A stretch of DNA of 64,000 nt from an uncultured Bacilli bacterium (GTDB lineage: Bacteria; Bacillota_I; Bacilli_A; RF39; UBA660): NCBI GenBank assembly GCA_947632065.1, contig CANRNO010000004.1, forward strand, positions 42 to 64,041, in the 5' to 3' direction. Within the stretch, counting starts at the first letter, position 1. Each line of letters begins with the position of its first letter. Positions 27,694 through 35,639 of this stretch are shown here, in pieces. Both the position numbers and the translations under genes were made by a program. The notes under the pieces were generated by a model. The model did no database searches, was not told the origin of the DNA, and was given only the letters and a program-made list of their open reading frames with translations.

Positions 27694-27769
27694 CTTTTTT
27701 ATGATATTTTAAGTAATTATTTATTTTTTAAAGTTAACTTTTTAGTTTTCATATTATTAAATGAGTCTT

Positions 27770-29056
27770 CTAACTTCTTTTTTTGTTACTTTTGGTTTCA
27801 TTTTCTCTTTCCTTTATTAATTTCTTTGCATATGGTGTTGCGATAACTTGATATGAATCATTATATTTATTATGAGTATCTTTATCTAAAAATACTGCTT
27901 TATCTATTTTAGTGCTACTATCTACTATTACTTTTTTTAATTCTTCTCTTGAGGCAATACATATACAATTTGTTAAATCTGTTCCTTCAATAGTTCCTTT
28001 TAGTTTAGATAAATCTATTATTGAGTTAGTGTTTTTTAGGTTTGCTTCTGTTATACATGAATTACTATAATCTTTATCACTCATATCTTTGTTTTCTAAA
28101 TTAGCACCATATAGTGTTTTATTTAAAACTGTTTGAGGATTTACATCTAAATTAGTATCCTTAAAACATTTTGATGCACAGTTATTACCTGCAGCTGTGA
28201 TTCCTGTAAAATCAATATATTTTAATATTTTTATAAGTCTTGGAGTCTCTAACATATATTGTAATGTTTTTTTAAGTAGTTTTTTATTATTTACTTTGAT
28301 ACTTGAGTACTCTAAATTTCCATTTTTTAATTTTTCATTGATTTCTTTTTCTAATTCATTACAGAATTTAGAACATTCTTCATACTCTACTATAGCTTTA
28401 TCTTTTTTTCTAATTGTTTTTATATTATTTCTATTTTTATTTTTGCTTTGATTCATTAGACATTTAGCATATAAGGGTAATATTATTTGATAAGTATCTT
28501 TACTTTTATTATATGAATCTTTATCTAAGAATACTGCTTTATCTATTTTAGTATTATTATCTATTATTACTTTTGATAATTCTTCTCTTGAGGCAATACA
28601 TATACAATTTGTTAAATCTGTTCCTTCAATAGTTCCTTTTAATTTAGATAAGTCTATTATTGAGTTAGTGTTTTTTAGATTTGCTCCTGTTATACAAGAG
28701 TTAGTATAATCTTTATTACTCATATCTTTATTTTCTAAGTTAGCACCATATAGTGTTTTATTAGAAATTATCTGAGGATCAATATCTAAATTAGTATTTC
28801 TAAAATCTTTAGAAGTACAATTAATATTTTCTAAAGTAATATCTGCAAAGTCTATATATTTCAATATTTTTTGAAAACGTGGTGTATCTAGCATATATTG
28901 TAATATTTCTTTTAATAGTTTTTTATTATTTACTTTTACACTTGAATATTCTATATTTTCCTTTTTTAATTTTTTATTGATTTTCTTTTCTAGATTATCA
29001 CTAAATTTAAAACGTATTTCACATTGTTTTACAAATTTTTCAATTCTTTTATCCAT
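27770..29056 (-). CDS. Pentapeptide-repeat protein built from two roughly 213-aa tandem modules
   Basis: Each half contains LYGANLENKDMSNKDYTNSCITGANLKNTNSIIDLSKLKGTIEGTDLTNCICI, in 5-residue register of the A(D/N)LXX type, preceded by a helical region and followed by KIDKAVFLDKD. Confidence 0.7.
   Translation of the reverse strand: MDKRIEKFVKQCEIRFKFSDNLEKKINKKLKKENIEYSSVKVNNKKLLKEILQYMLDTPRFQKILKYIDFADITLENINCTSKDFRNTNLDIDPQIISNKTLYGANLENKDMSNKDYTNSCITGANLKNTNSIIDLSKLKGTIEGTDLTNCICIASREELSKVIIDNNTKIDKAVFLDKDSYNKSKDTYQIILPLYAKCLMNQSKNKNRNNIKTIRKKDKAIVEYEECSKFCNELEKEINEKLKNGNLEYSSIKVNNKKLLKKTLQYMLETPRLIKILKYIDFTGITAAGNNCASKCFKDTNLDVNPQTVLNKTLYGANLENKDMSDKDYSNSCITEANLKNTNSIIDLSKLKGTIEGTDLTNCICIASREELKKVIVDSSTKIDKAVFLDKDTHNKYNDSYQVIATPYAKKLIKERENETKSNKKRS
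27782..29041 (-). repeat. Intragenic tandem duplication, period 639 bp
   Basis: tatacaatttgttaaatctgttccttcaatagttcctttt occurs at 27962 and again at 28601. Surrounding stretches are near-identical by eye. Confidence 0.85.
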
Positions 29057-29100
29057 AGCATTCTCCTTAATAATATTATAGTTTCTTTTTGTAATTTTTC

Positions 29101-29133
29101 AAAGAAAAAATAGTGATTTTTTTCACTATTTTA
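29101..29133 (-). terminator. Rho-independent terminator after glyQS
   Basis: aatagtga (29109-29116) / tcactatt (29124-29131). The A-run at 29104-29110 gives a U-run on the minus strand. Confidence 0.7.
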
Positions 29134-30507
29134 ATATTTTATTTTTTCAGTTATGTAATCTTTTAGATCTTCTAGTTTAACGACATCTTGTTTCATTGTA
29201 TCTCTATCTCTTACTGTAACTGTATTATTATTTAGAGTTTCATCATCTACTGTAACAGAAAATGGTGTTCCAATAGCATCTTGTCTTCTATATCTTTTTC
29301 CGATATTTCCAGCTTCATCATAAGAAGTCATAAAACTTTTAGAAAGTTCTTTATATAGTTCTTTTGCTTTTTCTGTATGATATTTTTTAACTAGTGGTAA
29401 AACTGCTACTTTGAAAGGTGCTAGGAAAGGATGAAAATGCATTACTTCTCTTGTTGTATTATCTTCTAGAGTTTCATTTTCATATGCATCACACATTATA
29501 GTAAGTAATAATCTATCAACACCAACAGAAGGTTCAATTACATAAGGGATATATTTTTCGTTTGTTTCTGGATCTAAGTATTCTTGACTTACACCTGAAT
29601 ACTCTTGATGTCTTTTTAAATCAAAGTCTGTACGACTGGCAATACCCCAAAGTTCTCCAAATCCAAATGGGAATTTATATTCTATATCAGTAGTTGCATT
29701 ACTATAATGACTTAATTCTTCTTGTGAGTGATCTCTAAATTTTAAATTTTCTTCTTTAATTCCAAGTGATAATAAGAATTCTTTACAACGGTTTTTATAA
29801 TATTCATGCCACTTTAGTTCTGTTCCTGGGCGACAGAAGAATTCTAATTCCATTTGTTCGAATTCACGAACTCTAAAGATAAAGTTTCCTGGTGTTATTT
29901 CATTTCTAAAACTTTTTCCTACTTGTCCTATACCAAAAGGTATTTTTAATCTCATACTTCTTTGAACGTTTAAAAAGTCTGCGAATATTCCTTGAGCTGT
30001 TTCAGGTCTTAAATATATTGTGTTTTTAGCATCTTCTGTTACTCCTTGGAATGTTTTAAACATTAGGTTAAACTGTCTTACATCTGTATAATCAAGTTCA
30101 CCACAATTAGGACAAACTATATTATTATCATATATAAATTCCATAAGTTCTTCATTGTTCATTGCGGCAGCTTTTTCTTCTCCTATAACTTCTTCTACTA
30201 ATTTATCTGCACGATGTCTAGTCTTACATTTTTTACAGTCTATTAATGGATCTGTGAAGGTTGCAAGATGTCCACTTGCTTCCCATGTTTTTGGGTTCAT
30301 TAAAATCGCTGTATCAAGTCCAACATTATTTGGATCTTCTTGAATAAACTTTTTAAGCCATGCTTTTTTAATATTATTTTTTAACTCTGCTCCTACTGGT
30401 CCATAATCCCAAGTATTAGCAAGTCCTCCATAAATTTCACTTCCTTGAAATATAAATCCATATTGCTTTGAATAAGCAACTAATCTTTCCATTGTTAAAT
30501 CTTTCAT
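29131..30507 (-). CDS. glyQS: Glycine--tRNA ligase, homodimeric class II type
   Basis: 458 aa. [37 protein letters not shown] and GVDRLLL motifs. Confidence 0.95.
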   Translation of the reverse strand: MKDLTMERLVAYSKQYGFIFQGSEIYGGLANTWDYGPVGAELKNNIKKAWLKKFIQEDPNNVGLDTAILMNPKTWEASGHLATFTDPLIDCKKCKTRHRADKLVEEVIGEEKAAAMNNEELMEFIYDNNIVCPNCGELDYTDVRQFNLMFKTFQGVTEDAKNTIYLRPETAQGIFADFLNVQRSMRLKIPFGIGQVGKSFRNEITPGNFIFRVREFEQMELEFFCRPGTELKWHEYYKNRCKEFLLSLGIKEENLKFRDHSQEELSHYSNATTDIEYKFPFGFGELWGIASRTDFDLKRHQEYSGVSQEYLDPETNEKYIPYVIEPSVGVDRLLLTIMCDAYENETLEDNTTREVMHFHPFLAPFKVAVLPLVKKYHTEKAKELYKELSKSFMTSYDEAGNIGKRYRRQDAIGTPFSVTVDDETLNNNTVTVRDRDTMKQDVVKLEDLKDYITEKIKY

Positions 30508-31058
30508 CTTTTAATCTCCTTACTTTTTGTTTTTATTTTTTCTATTATTTCATCTTCATCATTTGAAATAAATAAATATTCACTTAAATCTTTTCTTATA
30601 AAATTATCTTGTTTTAATTTATACATATACTCTAGAAGTGGTGTAAAGAAAAAATCTTTATTATATATTATTATTAATTTATTATCTTTTAGTTCATCTT
30701 TTTGCATTATAAATGTAAAAAGTTCAGCGAGAGTTCCTACTCCACCGGGAATAAATAATGCAATATCAGTTAGTTCATATATTTTTTTGGTTCTATCTAC
30801 TGGAGTCTTTTCAAAATATATTTCTTTATATTTTTTTATATCTGTATCTTCTTTATAGATATCTACACTAACTCCAATTAAGTCTTTTTTTGCGCTAGAA
30901 AATATATTAGCAACCTCTTCCATCATACCAGAAAATGCTGCTCCAAAAACTAACGTTATATCTTCTATTTTGGTAAGTCTTTCTATTAAGTCATTTGCAG
31001 ACTTTCTTTTTGTATCTTCTATATTAGAACTTGATGATGTTCCAATAAATAAATTCAT
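30504..31058 (-). CDS. LOG / TIGR00730-family Rossmann-fold nucleotide N-glycosidase-like protein
   Basis: 184 aa with [11 protein letters not shown] (the GGxGTxxE signature) and a DD..RK C-terminal half. Its stop codon overlaps the glyQS start (ATGA). Confidence 0.7.
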   Translation of the reverse strand: MNLFIGTSSSSNIEDTKRKSANDLIERLTKIEDITLVFGAAFSGMMEEVANIFSSAKKDLIGVSVDIYKEDTDIKKYKEIYFEKTPVDRTKKIYELTDIALFIPGGVGTLAELFTFIMQKDELKDNKLIIIYNKDFFFTPLLEYMYKLKQDNFIRKDLSEYLFISNDEDEIIEKIKTKSKEIKR

Positions 31059-31071
31059 AAATACCTCCTTT

Positions 31072-31208
31072 AGAAATTAAAAAACTTCTAAAACAGATAA
31101 GGACGAAAGAAATTTCCGCGGTTCCACCTTATTTATTCTAGAAGAATCTCTTATTTTTTATATTGCTGATAGGATTCCATCCCCGTCATCGCATTGATTT
31201 AATAAATT
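31072..31208 (-). promoter_or_regulatory. T-box riboswitch leader (Gly), unusually short
   Basis: On the minus strand: UGCGAUGA...AGCA, a hairpin GGG[AUGGAAU]CC(U), a short Stem III (AUUCU/AGAAU), T-box core AAGGUGGAACCGCGG (31116-31130), UUCGUCC, and a terminator AAAUUUCU/AGAAGUUU with a U-run. Confidence 0.8.
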
Positions 31209-31214
31209 TATTAT

Positions 31215-31243
31215 ATATTAACTTATTTAATTTGATTAGTCAA
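31215..31243 (-). promoter_or_regulatory. SigmaA-type promoter of the LOG-glyQS operon
   Basis: TTGACT (31243-31238), 17 nt, TAATAT (31220-31215). It begins 3 nt after the upstream ORF stop codon. Confidence 0.55.
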
Positions 31244-31245
31244 TA

Positions 31246-32430
31246 TTATTCTAGTTTTTCTTGTAACTCTCTTAGTGTAGATAAAAACTCATTAGTCTTT
31301 CTTATTTCTTCATCTAATTTTTCATAGTCTGCAGTGTTTTCAAGTTCCATAGTTTCATTTGTTTCTTTTTTCTCTATTCCATATACTGGAGAAATAATTG
31401 GACTACTTTTAAATTTAGTAGCTTTATTTCTTTGGTTAGCAGGTTTTTTAATTGAGTAAAAATCATCTAATTTAACAGTGTTATTTTGTTGGATATTACT
31501 TTGTTGTGGTTGGATATTTTGAACCTGTTCTTCTTTTGGTTTTTCTTCTTTTTCTTGTTGCCTTAGACTTTCTTGTTTTCTTTTTTCTAAATCTTCTATA
31601 CTTATTGGTTCATTACCTTCATCTTTATATTGAGTAACTTCATTTTCTTCATATAAAGAATCTCCAAGTTTTAAAAATTCATCTAAACTAATAATTGCAT
31701 TCTTTTCTTGTTCTTCTTCGAAGTTTGTTAAATCAATATTTTCAACTGTTGCATTAGCATTAACTAATTCTTGAGCTAGTTTTTCTATTTCTTCTTGAGC
31801 TTTAGTTTGATTCATTTCTTCTTCATATTCTAATTCTTCTATTTGTGGTTGTTGTAGATTTTCTTGTTTAGGTGGTTCGCTTTGAATATTATCATTCATA
31901 TTAATTTCTACAACTTCTACTGGCATAGTTTTATAATCATTACTATCTTCTTCATCTTCTAATATTTCTATTTCATCTAATTGATCTATTAATGATTCTT
32001 GATTGTTTGTCTCTATTTCTATGCTTTCTTCTACTTGCGGTGTTTCTAGTGGTAAAATATCATCAGATGGAGTTAGTATTCCTGGTTTAAGACTTTGTAC
32101 TGGTCTTATATTTACATTTTCTTCTATATTATCTACTTTCTCTTCCATAATAACCTTCTCTTCTTCATTTTCCTCTAGTATTTCTGGGATAGGCTCTAAA
32201 GTTTCAGTTTTTACTTGTTCGTGTATTTCTTTATTTATTTTATCTTCTTCTAGTTTTTCATGAACTTCTCCCACTAGTTTATTTAATTCTTTAGTATTTT
32301 GCTTCCTTTTTCTATGACTATACGTTTTTTTAGTTATAAAAAATATAGCTGTACCCATTAATAATATTCCTATTACAGTATATACAATGATTAACTCTGA
32401 TGATGTTAAAAAACTCTGTAATTCTTTCAT
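31246..32430 (-). CDS. Hypothetical membrane-anchored, highly acidic low-complexity protein
   Basis: One N-terminal TM helix, then long E/Q/N-rich sequence, ending with a conserved-looking C-terminus (KFKSSPIISPVYGI...). The ATG at 32430 has AGAGGTG 6 nt upstream. Confidence 0.6.
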   Translation of the reverse strand: MKELQSFLTSSELIIVYTVIGILLMGTAIFFITKKTYSHRKRKQNTKELNKLVGEVHEKLEEDKINKEIHEQVKTETLEPIPEILEENEEEKVIMEEKVDNIEENVNIRPVQSLKPGILTPSDDILPLETPQVEESIEIETNNQESLIDQLDEIEILEDEEDSNDYKTMPVEVVEINMNDNIQSEPPKQENLQQPQIEELEYEEEMNQTKAQEEIEKLAQELVNANATVENIDLTNFEEEQEKNAIISLDEFLKLGDSLYEENEVTQYKDEGNEPISIEDLEKRKQESLRQQEKEEKPKEEQVQNIQPQQSNIQQNNTVKLDDFYSIKKPANQRNKATKFKSSPIISPVYGIEKKETNETMELENTADYEKLDEEIRKTNEFLSTLRELQEKLE

Positions 32431-32495
32431 AGTATTCACCTCTATTATAAGTTTAGCATAACTTATTCTATCTTGAAATATGTAACATACACCTT

Positions 32496-32549
32496 TTTAC
32501 ATTCTTTTACATTTATGTTTACATAATATGTATACATATTACTTTACAC
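32496..32549 (+). repeat. Phased direct repeats TTTACAT x3 plus TTTACAC
   Basis: TTTACAT at 32496, 32506 and 32518, and TTTACAC at 32543. The hexamer spacers are 4 and 6 nt. Located in the divergent intergenic region. Confidence 0.7.
32525..32540. promoter_or_regulatory. Perfect 16-bp palindrome AATATGTATACATATT (operator candidate)
   Basis: Read directly from the sequence. It lies between the third and fourth TTTACA repeats. Confidence 0.4.
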
Positions 32550-32642
32550 TAATATTTTTACTGTTTTCTTCTTCTAAGTTCATAATATCACAATTCTTTA
32601 TCTTTTGATATATTTTTTTTAAATTTTTTCATATATTTAAGT

Positions 32643-33938
32643 ATGAAAGAAAAATTTATTAAATCTACTATTATATTAATGATTGGTGGCCTTTTAACTA
32701 AAGTACTTGGAATATTTATAAAAATTGTAATGTCTAGGTTAATTGGGACAGAAGGATTAGGTCTTTATATGCTTATACTTCCGACGTTTTCTCTTTTTAT
32801 TGGACTTAGTCAATTTGGATTTCCTGTTGCGGTATCTAAGATAGTTGCGGAAGATAGTAAAAATAATAAGAATTTACTTTTTTCGTTATTACCTGTTAGT
32901 TTTTTTATTAATATTGTTTTAATTGCGATTATTATTTTTATTACTCCTATTTTATCTGTTAATTTATTACATGATGAGAGAAGTTTTTATCCTTTACTTT
33001 CTATTGCGGCCGTTATTCCTCTTACTAGTATTTCTTCTATTGCGAGAAGTTATTTTTTTGGAAGGAATAGAATGCTTCCTCATGTAATATCTAATTTAGT
33101 CGAAGATATTATTAGGCTTCTTATAATGATTATTGGAATACCTTTATTTATTGATAAGGGATTGGAGTTTTGTGTTTCTTTTATAGTTTTGTCTAATATT
33201 ATAAGTGAGACATCATCTATTTTGGTTTTATTTTTCTTTTTACCTAAAAATATACATATTAAAAAGAGTGATTTAAAACCTAATAAAATATATATAAAAG
33301 ATTCTTTAGATATTTCTCTTCCTACTACTTTTTCTAGATTAATTGGTTCGGTTGGATACTTTTTAGAGCCAATTATTCTTACTGGTGTTCTTACTTTTGT
33401 TGGATATAATAATAAGTTTATAGTTTATGAGTATGGTGTTTTAAATGGTTATGTTATTCCTTTAGTTTTACTTCCTTCATTTTTTACTTTGGCAATCTCT
33501 CAAGCTTTACTTCCTGTTATTAGTAAAAGTTTTTATGAAGAAAAAATTAGTTATACTAAAAGCAAGATTAAACAAGCAATATTTTTCTCTTTATTGATTG
33601 GTATTCCTGTTACTATTTTGTTTGAAATATGTCCTGAAGTGTTTTTAAAACTTATTTATAATACAACAGATGGTGTTTCTTATTTACGTTTTTTAGCTCC
33701 TGTGTGTCTTTTTCAATATATACAATCTCCTTTAGCATCCGCTCTTGATGCGATGGGAAAATCTAGTGATAATATGAAAGCTTGTTTTTTAGGTACTGTT
33801 GTTAGAACTTCTTTGTTGTTTTTACTTTCTCTTTTTAAAATAGGATTATGGGGACTTGTAATATCTACTAGTATTAATGTATTTGTGGTTACTTTTTATA
33901 GTTTAAGAAAAGTTAAGAAAAACTTGTTGTTTTCATAA
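32643..33938 (+). CDS. MOP-superfamily flippase (MurJ / SpoVB-like polysaccharide biosynthesis protein)
   Basis: 431 aa and at least 12 predicted TM helices. The N-terminus GGLLTKVLGIFIKIVMSRLIGTEGLGLY is typical of the SpoVB/YtgP group. No visible SD. Confidence 0.7.
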   Translation: MKEKFIKSTIILMIGGLLTKVLGIFIKIVMSRLIGTEGLGLYMLILPTFSLFIGLSQFGFPVAVSKIVAEDSKNNKNLLFSLLPVSFFINIVLIAIIIFITPILSVNLLHDERSFYPLLSIAAVIPLTSISSIARSYFFGRNRMLPHVISNLVEDIIRLLIMIIGIPLFIDKGLEFCVSFIVLSNIISETSSILVLFFFLPKNIHIKKSDLKPNKIYIKDSLDISLPTTFSRLIGSVGYFLEPIILTGVLTFVGYNNKFIVYEYGVLNGYVIPLVLLPSFFTLAISQALLPVISKSFYEEKISYTKSKIKQAIFFSLLIGIPVTILFEICPEVFLKLIYNTTDGVSYLRFLAPVCLFQYIQSPLASALDAMGKSSDNMKACFLGTVVRTSLLFLLSLFKIGLWGLVISTSINVFVVTFYSLRKVKKNLLFS

Positions 33939-33944
33939 AAAAAT

Positions 33945-33967
33945 AAAGTTCGTATTTTACGAACTTT
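33945..33967. terminator. Hairpin between the convergent flippase and hsp20 genes
   Basis: aaagttcgt (33945-33953) / acgaacttt (33959-33967). The U-run is present only for the minus (hsp20) transcript. Confidence 0.65.
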
Positions 33968-34397
33968 AATCTTCTATTTCTACATATTTTGTTTCTGGAA
34001 TTTCTTTTTCTGCTTTTTTAGGAACATCTAATCTTAAAGTTCCATTTTTAAAGCTAGCTTTAATATCTTCTGTTGTTATATCTTCGCCAACATAGAAACT
34101 TCTACTACATTCTCCAGTAAATCTTTCACGTCTTACGAAGTTTCCTTCCTCTTTTTCTTCTTTTTTCTCATCTTTAGATGCGCTTATAGTTAGATATCCT
34201 TTTTCTACTGTAACTTTGATATCTTCTTTGTTGTATCCAGGTAGATCAATTGCGATATCATAATTATTTTCTTTTTCTTTTACATCTGTTCTCATTAGCA
34301 TTTCTTCTTTTCTTGGCATTCTAGGTCCATGATTAAAAAATGGATCATTAAACATTTCATCGAAGATATCGAATTCCTTTCTTCTTGATGGTAACAT
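33966..34397 (-). CDS. Hsp20/alpha-crystallin small heat-shock protein
   Basis: TDVKEKENNYDIAIDLPGYNKEDIKV...GTLRLDVPK is an alpha-crystallin domain. The ATG at 34397 (AAAGGAAG 8 nt upstream) is preferred over 34427. Confidence 0.85.
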   Translation of the reverse strand: MLPSRRKEFDIFDEMFNDPFFNHGPRMPRKEEMLMRTDVKEKENNYDIAIDLPGYNKEDIKVTVEKGYLTISASKDEKKEEKEEGNFVRRERFTGECSRSFYVGEDITTEDIKASFKNGTLRLDVPKKAEKEIPETKYVEIED

Positions 34398-34446
34398 TAT
34401 ATCAACTTCCTTTCTTGTAGAAGCCATCTAACTTCTTACATTTATA

Positions 34447-34475
34447 ATTATAGCACTATATTTTGGCAAAGTCAA
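34447..34475 (-). promoter_or_regulatory. SigmaA-type promoter of hsp20
   Basis: TTGACT (34475-34470), 17 nt, TATAAT (34452-34447). Confidence 0.65.
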
Positions 34476-34529
34476 GTAGTGACTGCTAAAATAATTACTA
34501 CATTTATATTATATTCAAAAGTTGAAAAA

Positions 34530-35615
34530 TTATATAACTTTTATATAAACTTTATTATTTATTAAATTACTATTACGATAGTTTTTATCATTAGTAACTT
34601 CTTTTTCTATGTTTATAAAATCTGGTATTTTAATATCTTTTGTTTTATTAGTCTCTTCTATTTCTAGAATCTTTAATCCAGTATCAAAAATATCTATTCT
34701 AAAATATTGTTCTTTATAAGCAAAACAGTATCTTGTTTTATTTATAACTTTACTATTATCAAAGTTTTCATAATATTCTTCTTCTGTTATTGGTCTTTTT
34801 AAAATAGCTCTATTATTTGGAGACTCTGTATCTTTTTTTATTATCTTTTTATATGAATATTCTTTATCTTTTGTTGTTTTTCTATATATTATATCTTTTA
34901 TATCATCTTTTATTATATATTGTTCTATTTCAAGTTTTGTTGATGCTTTATTATTTAATTTTTCTAAATCTATATTATTTACTAGATATTTATGTTGTTT
35001 TTGTATTGGATAAGGTTTTTCTAATGAGTTATAAATTTCTTGTAGAATGCAATCTATTTTTTCTTGGAAAGAATCTTTTATACCTATTATTTTTAGATTA
35101 TCGTGTCCTATCCATGCTTGAAGAGTCTTTTTATCTTTTTCTAATGCTTCATCTTTAGTTTCTGTTCTAGCTTTGTTATTTTCTAAAGTATATAAGTTAT
35201 CTCTTGCTGCGGCTGTTTTTAAATGTATAACTAAATCATAGTTGTTCATAATATCACTTTCTGTTTTGTCTTTGTCTATTAATAGTTTTTTAAATACTTC
35301 GTTTGATACATAAGCTTTATCATCTATTATTCCTCTATCATATAATATTATTGAATCTTGATTTGAAAGTTTAGCTGCAGTGTGTGCTAAATGTTCTAGT
35401 TTTATTTGTAATTCTATAACATAGTTTTGGAATTGTTCTAAGGACATTGCATAATCTCCAAATGGTCTTATTCCACTATTAATTAATATAGTTGCAGCCT
35501 CTGGTACTGTATAAACATTATATCCTTTTTCTGTAAAATTACTTTTTATTTCTTCTATTGCTGTGGTCTTACCACTACAAGGTCCTCCTGTTAAAACAAC
35601 ATTTAATATTTTCAT
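34530..35615 (-). CDS. P-loop NTPase (AAA_28 / NadR-kinase-like) fused to a CYTH-like domain
   Basis: N-terminal half: Walker A GGPCSGKTT and DRG..D, the AAA_28 pattern. C-terminal half: KYLV..., IEQYII, NKTRYCF...FRIDIFDTGLKILEIEE, IPDF..IEKEVTNDKNYRNSNL, the CYTH beta-barrel pattern. The ATG at 35615 is preferred (AGGAAAG 8 nt upstream). Confidence 0.65.
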   Translation of the reverse strand: MKILNVVLTGGPCSGKTTAIEEIKSNFTEKGYNVYTVPEAATILINSGIRPFGDYAMSLEQFQNYVIELQIKLEHLAHTAAKLSNQDSIILYDRGIIDDKAYVSNEVFKKLLIDKDKTESDIMNNYDLVIHLKTAAARDNLYTLENNKARTETKDEALEKDKKTLQAWIGHDNLKIIGIKDSFQEKIDCILQEIYNSLEKPYPIQKQHKYLVNNIDLEKLNNKASTKLEIEQYIIKDDIKDIIYRKTTKDKEYSYKKIIKKDTESPNNRAILKRPITEEEYYENFDNSKVINKTRYCFAYKEQYFRIDIFDTGLKILEIEETNKTKDIKIPDFINIEKEVTNDKNYRNSNLINNKVYIKVI

Positions 35616-35639
35616 AAATCTCACTTTCCTTTCACTAAT

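Noticed and set aside
32514-32545. A dif-like sequence. The minus strand reads ...TACATA-TTATGTAAACA, matching 10 of 11 positions of the Firmicute XerD arm TTATGTAAACT, and ftsK is in the window.
   Set aside because: The 11 bp where the XerC arm should be (AGTAATATGTA) does not resemble ACTTCCTAGAA or the CATAA-type inner arm. A rough composition-based estimate says one 10-mer of this type is expected by chance in 64 kb of such AT-rich DNA.
32643-33938. The possibility that the 431-aa MOP flippase is a truncated pseudogene, since SpoVB/MurJ-type proteins are often 500-550 aa.
   Set aside because: The ORF is uninterrupted and ends at a hairpin shared with the convergent hsp20 gene. It contains about 12 TM helices, which is enough for a MOP core, and I saw no remnant coding sequence downstream. 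The missing SD is noted but is not sufficient evidence.
34470-34492. A CIRCE-like or CtsR-like operator upstream of hsp20 (TTAGCAGTCACTACTTGACTTTGCC).
   Set aside because: Only the left arm resembles CIRCE (TTAGCACTC). The right arm GAGTGCTAA is absent at N9 spacing. The CtsR heptad repeat (A/GGTCAAA-NAN-A/GGTCAAA) is matched in only one heptad.
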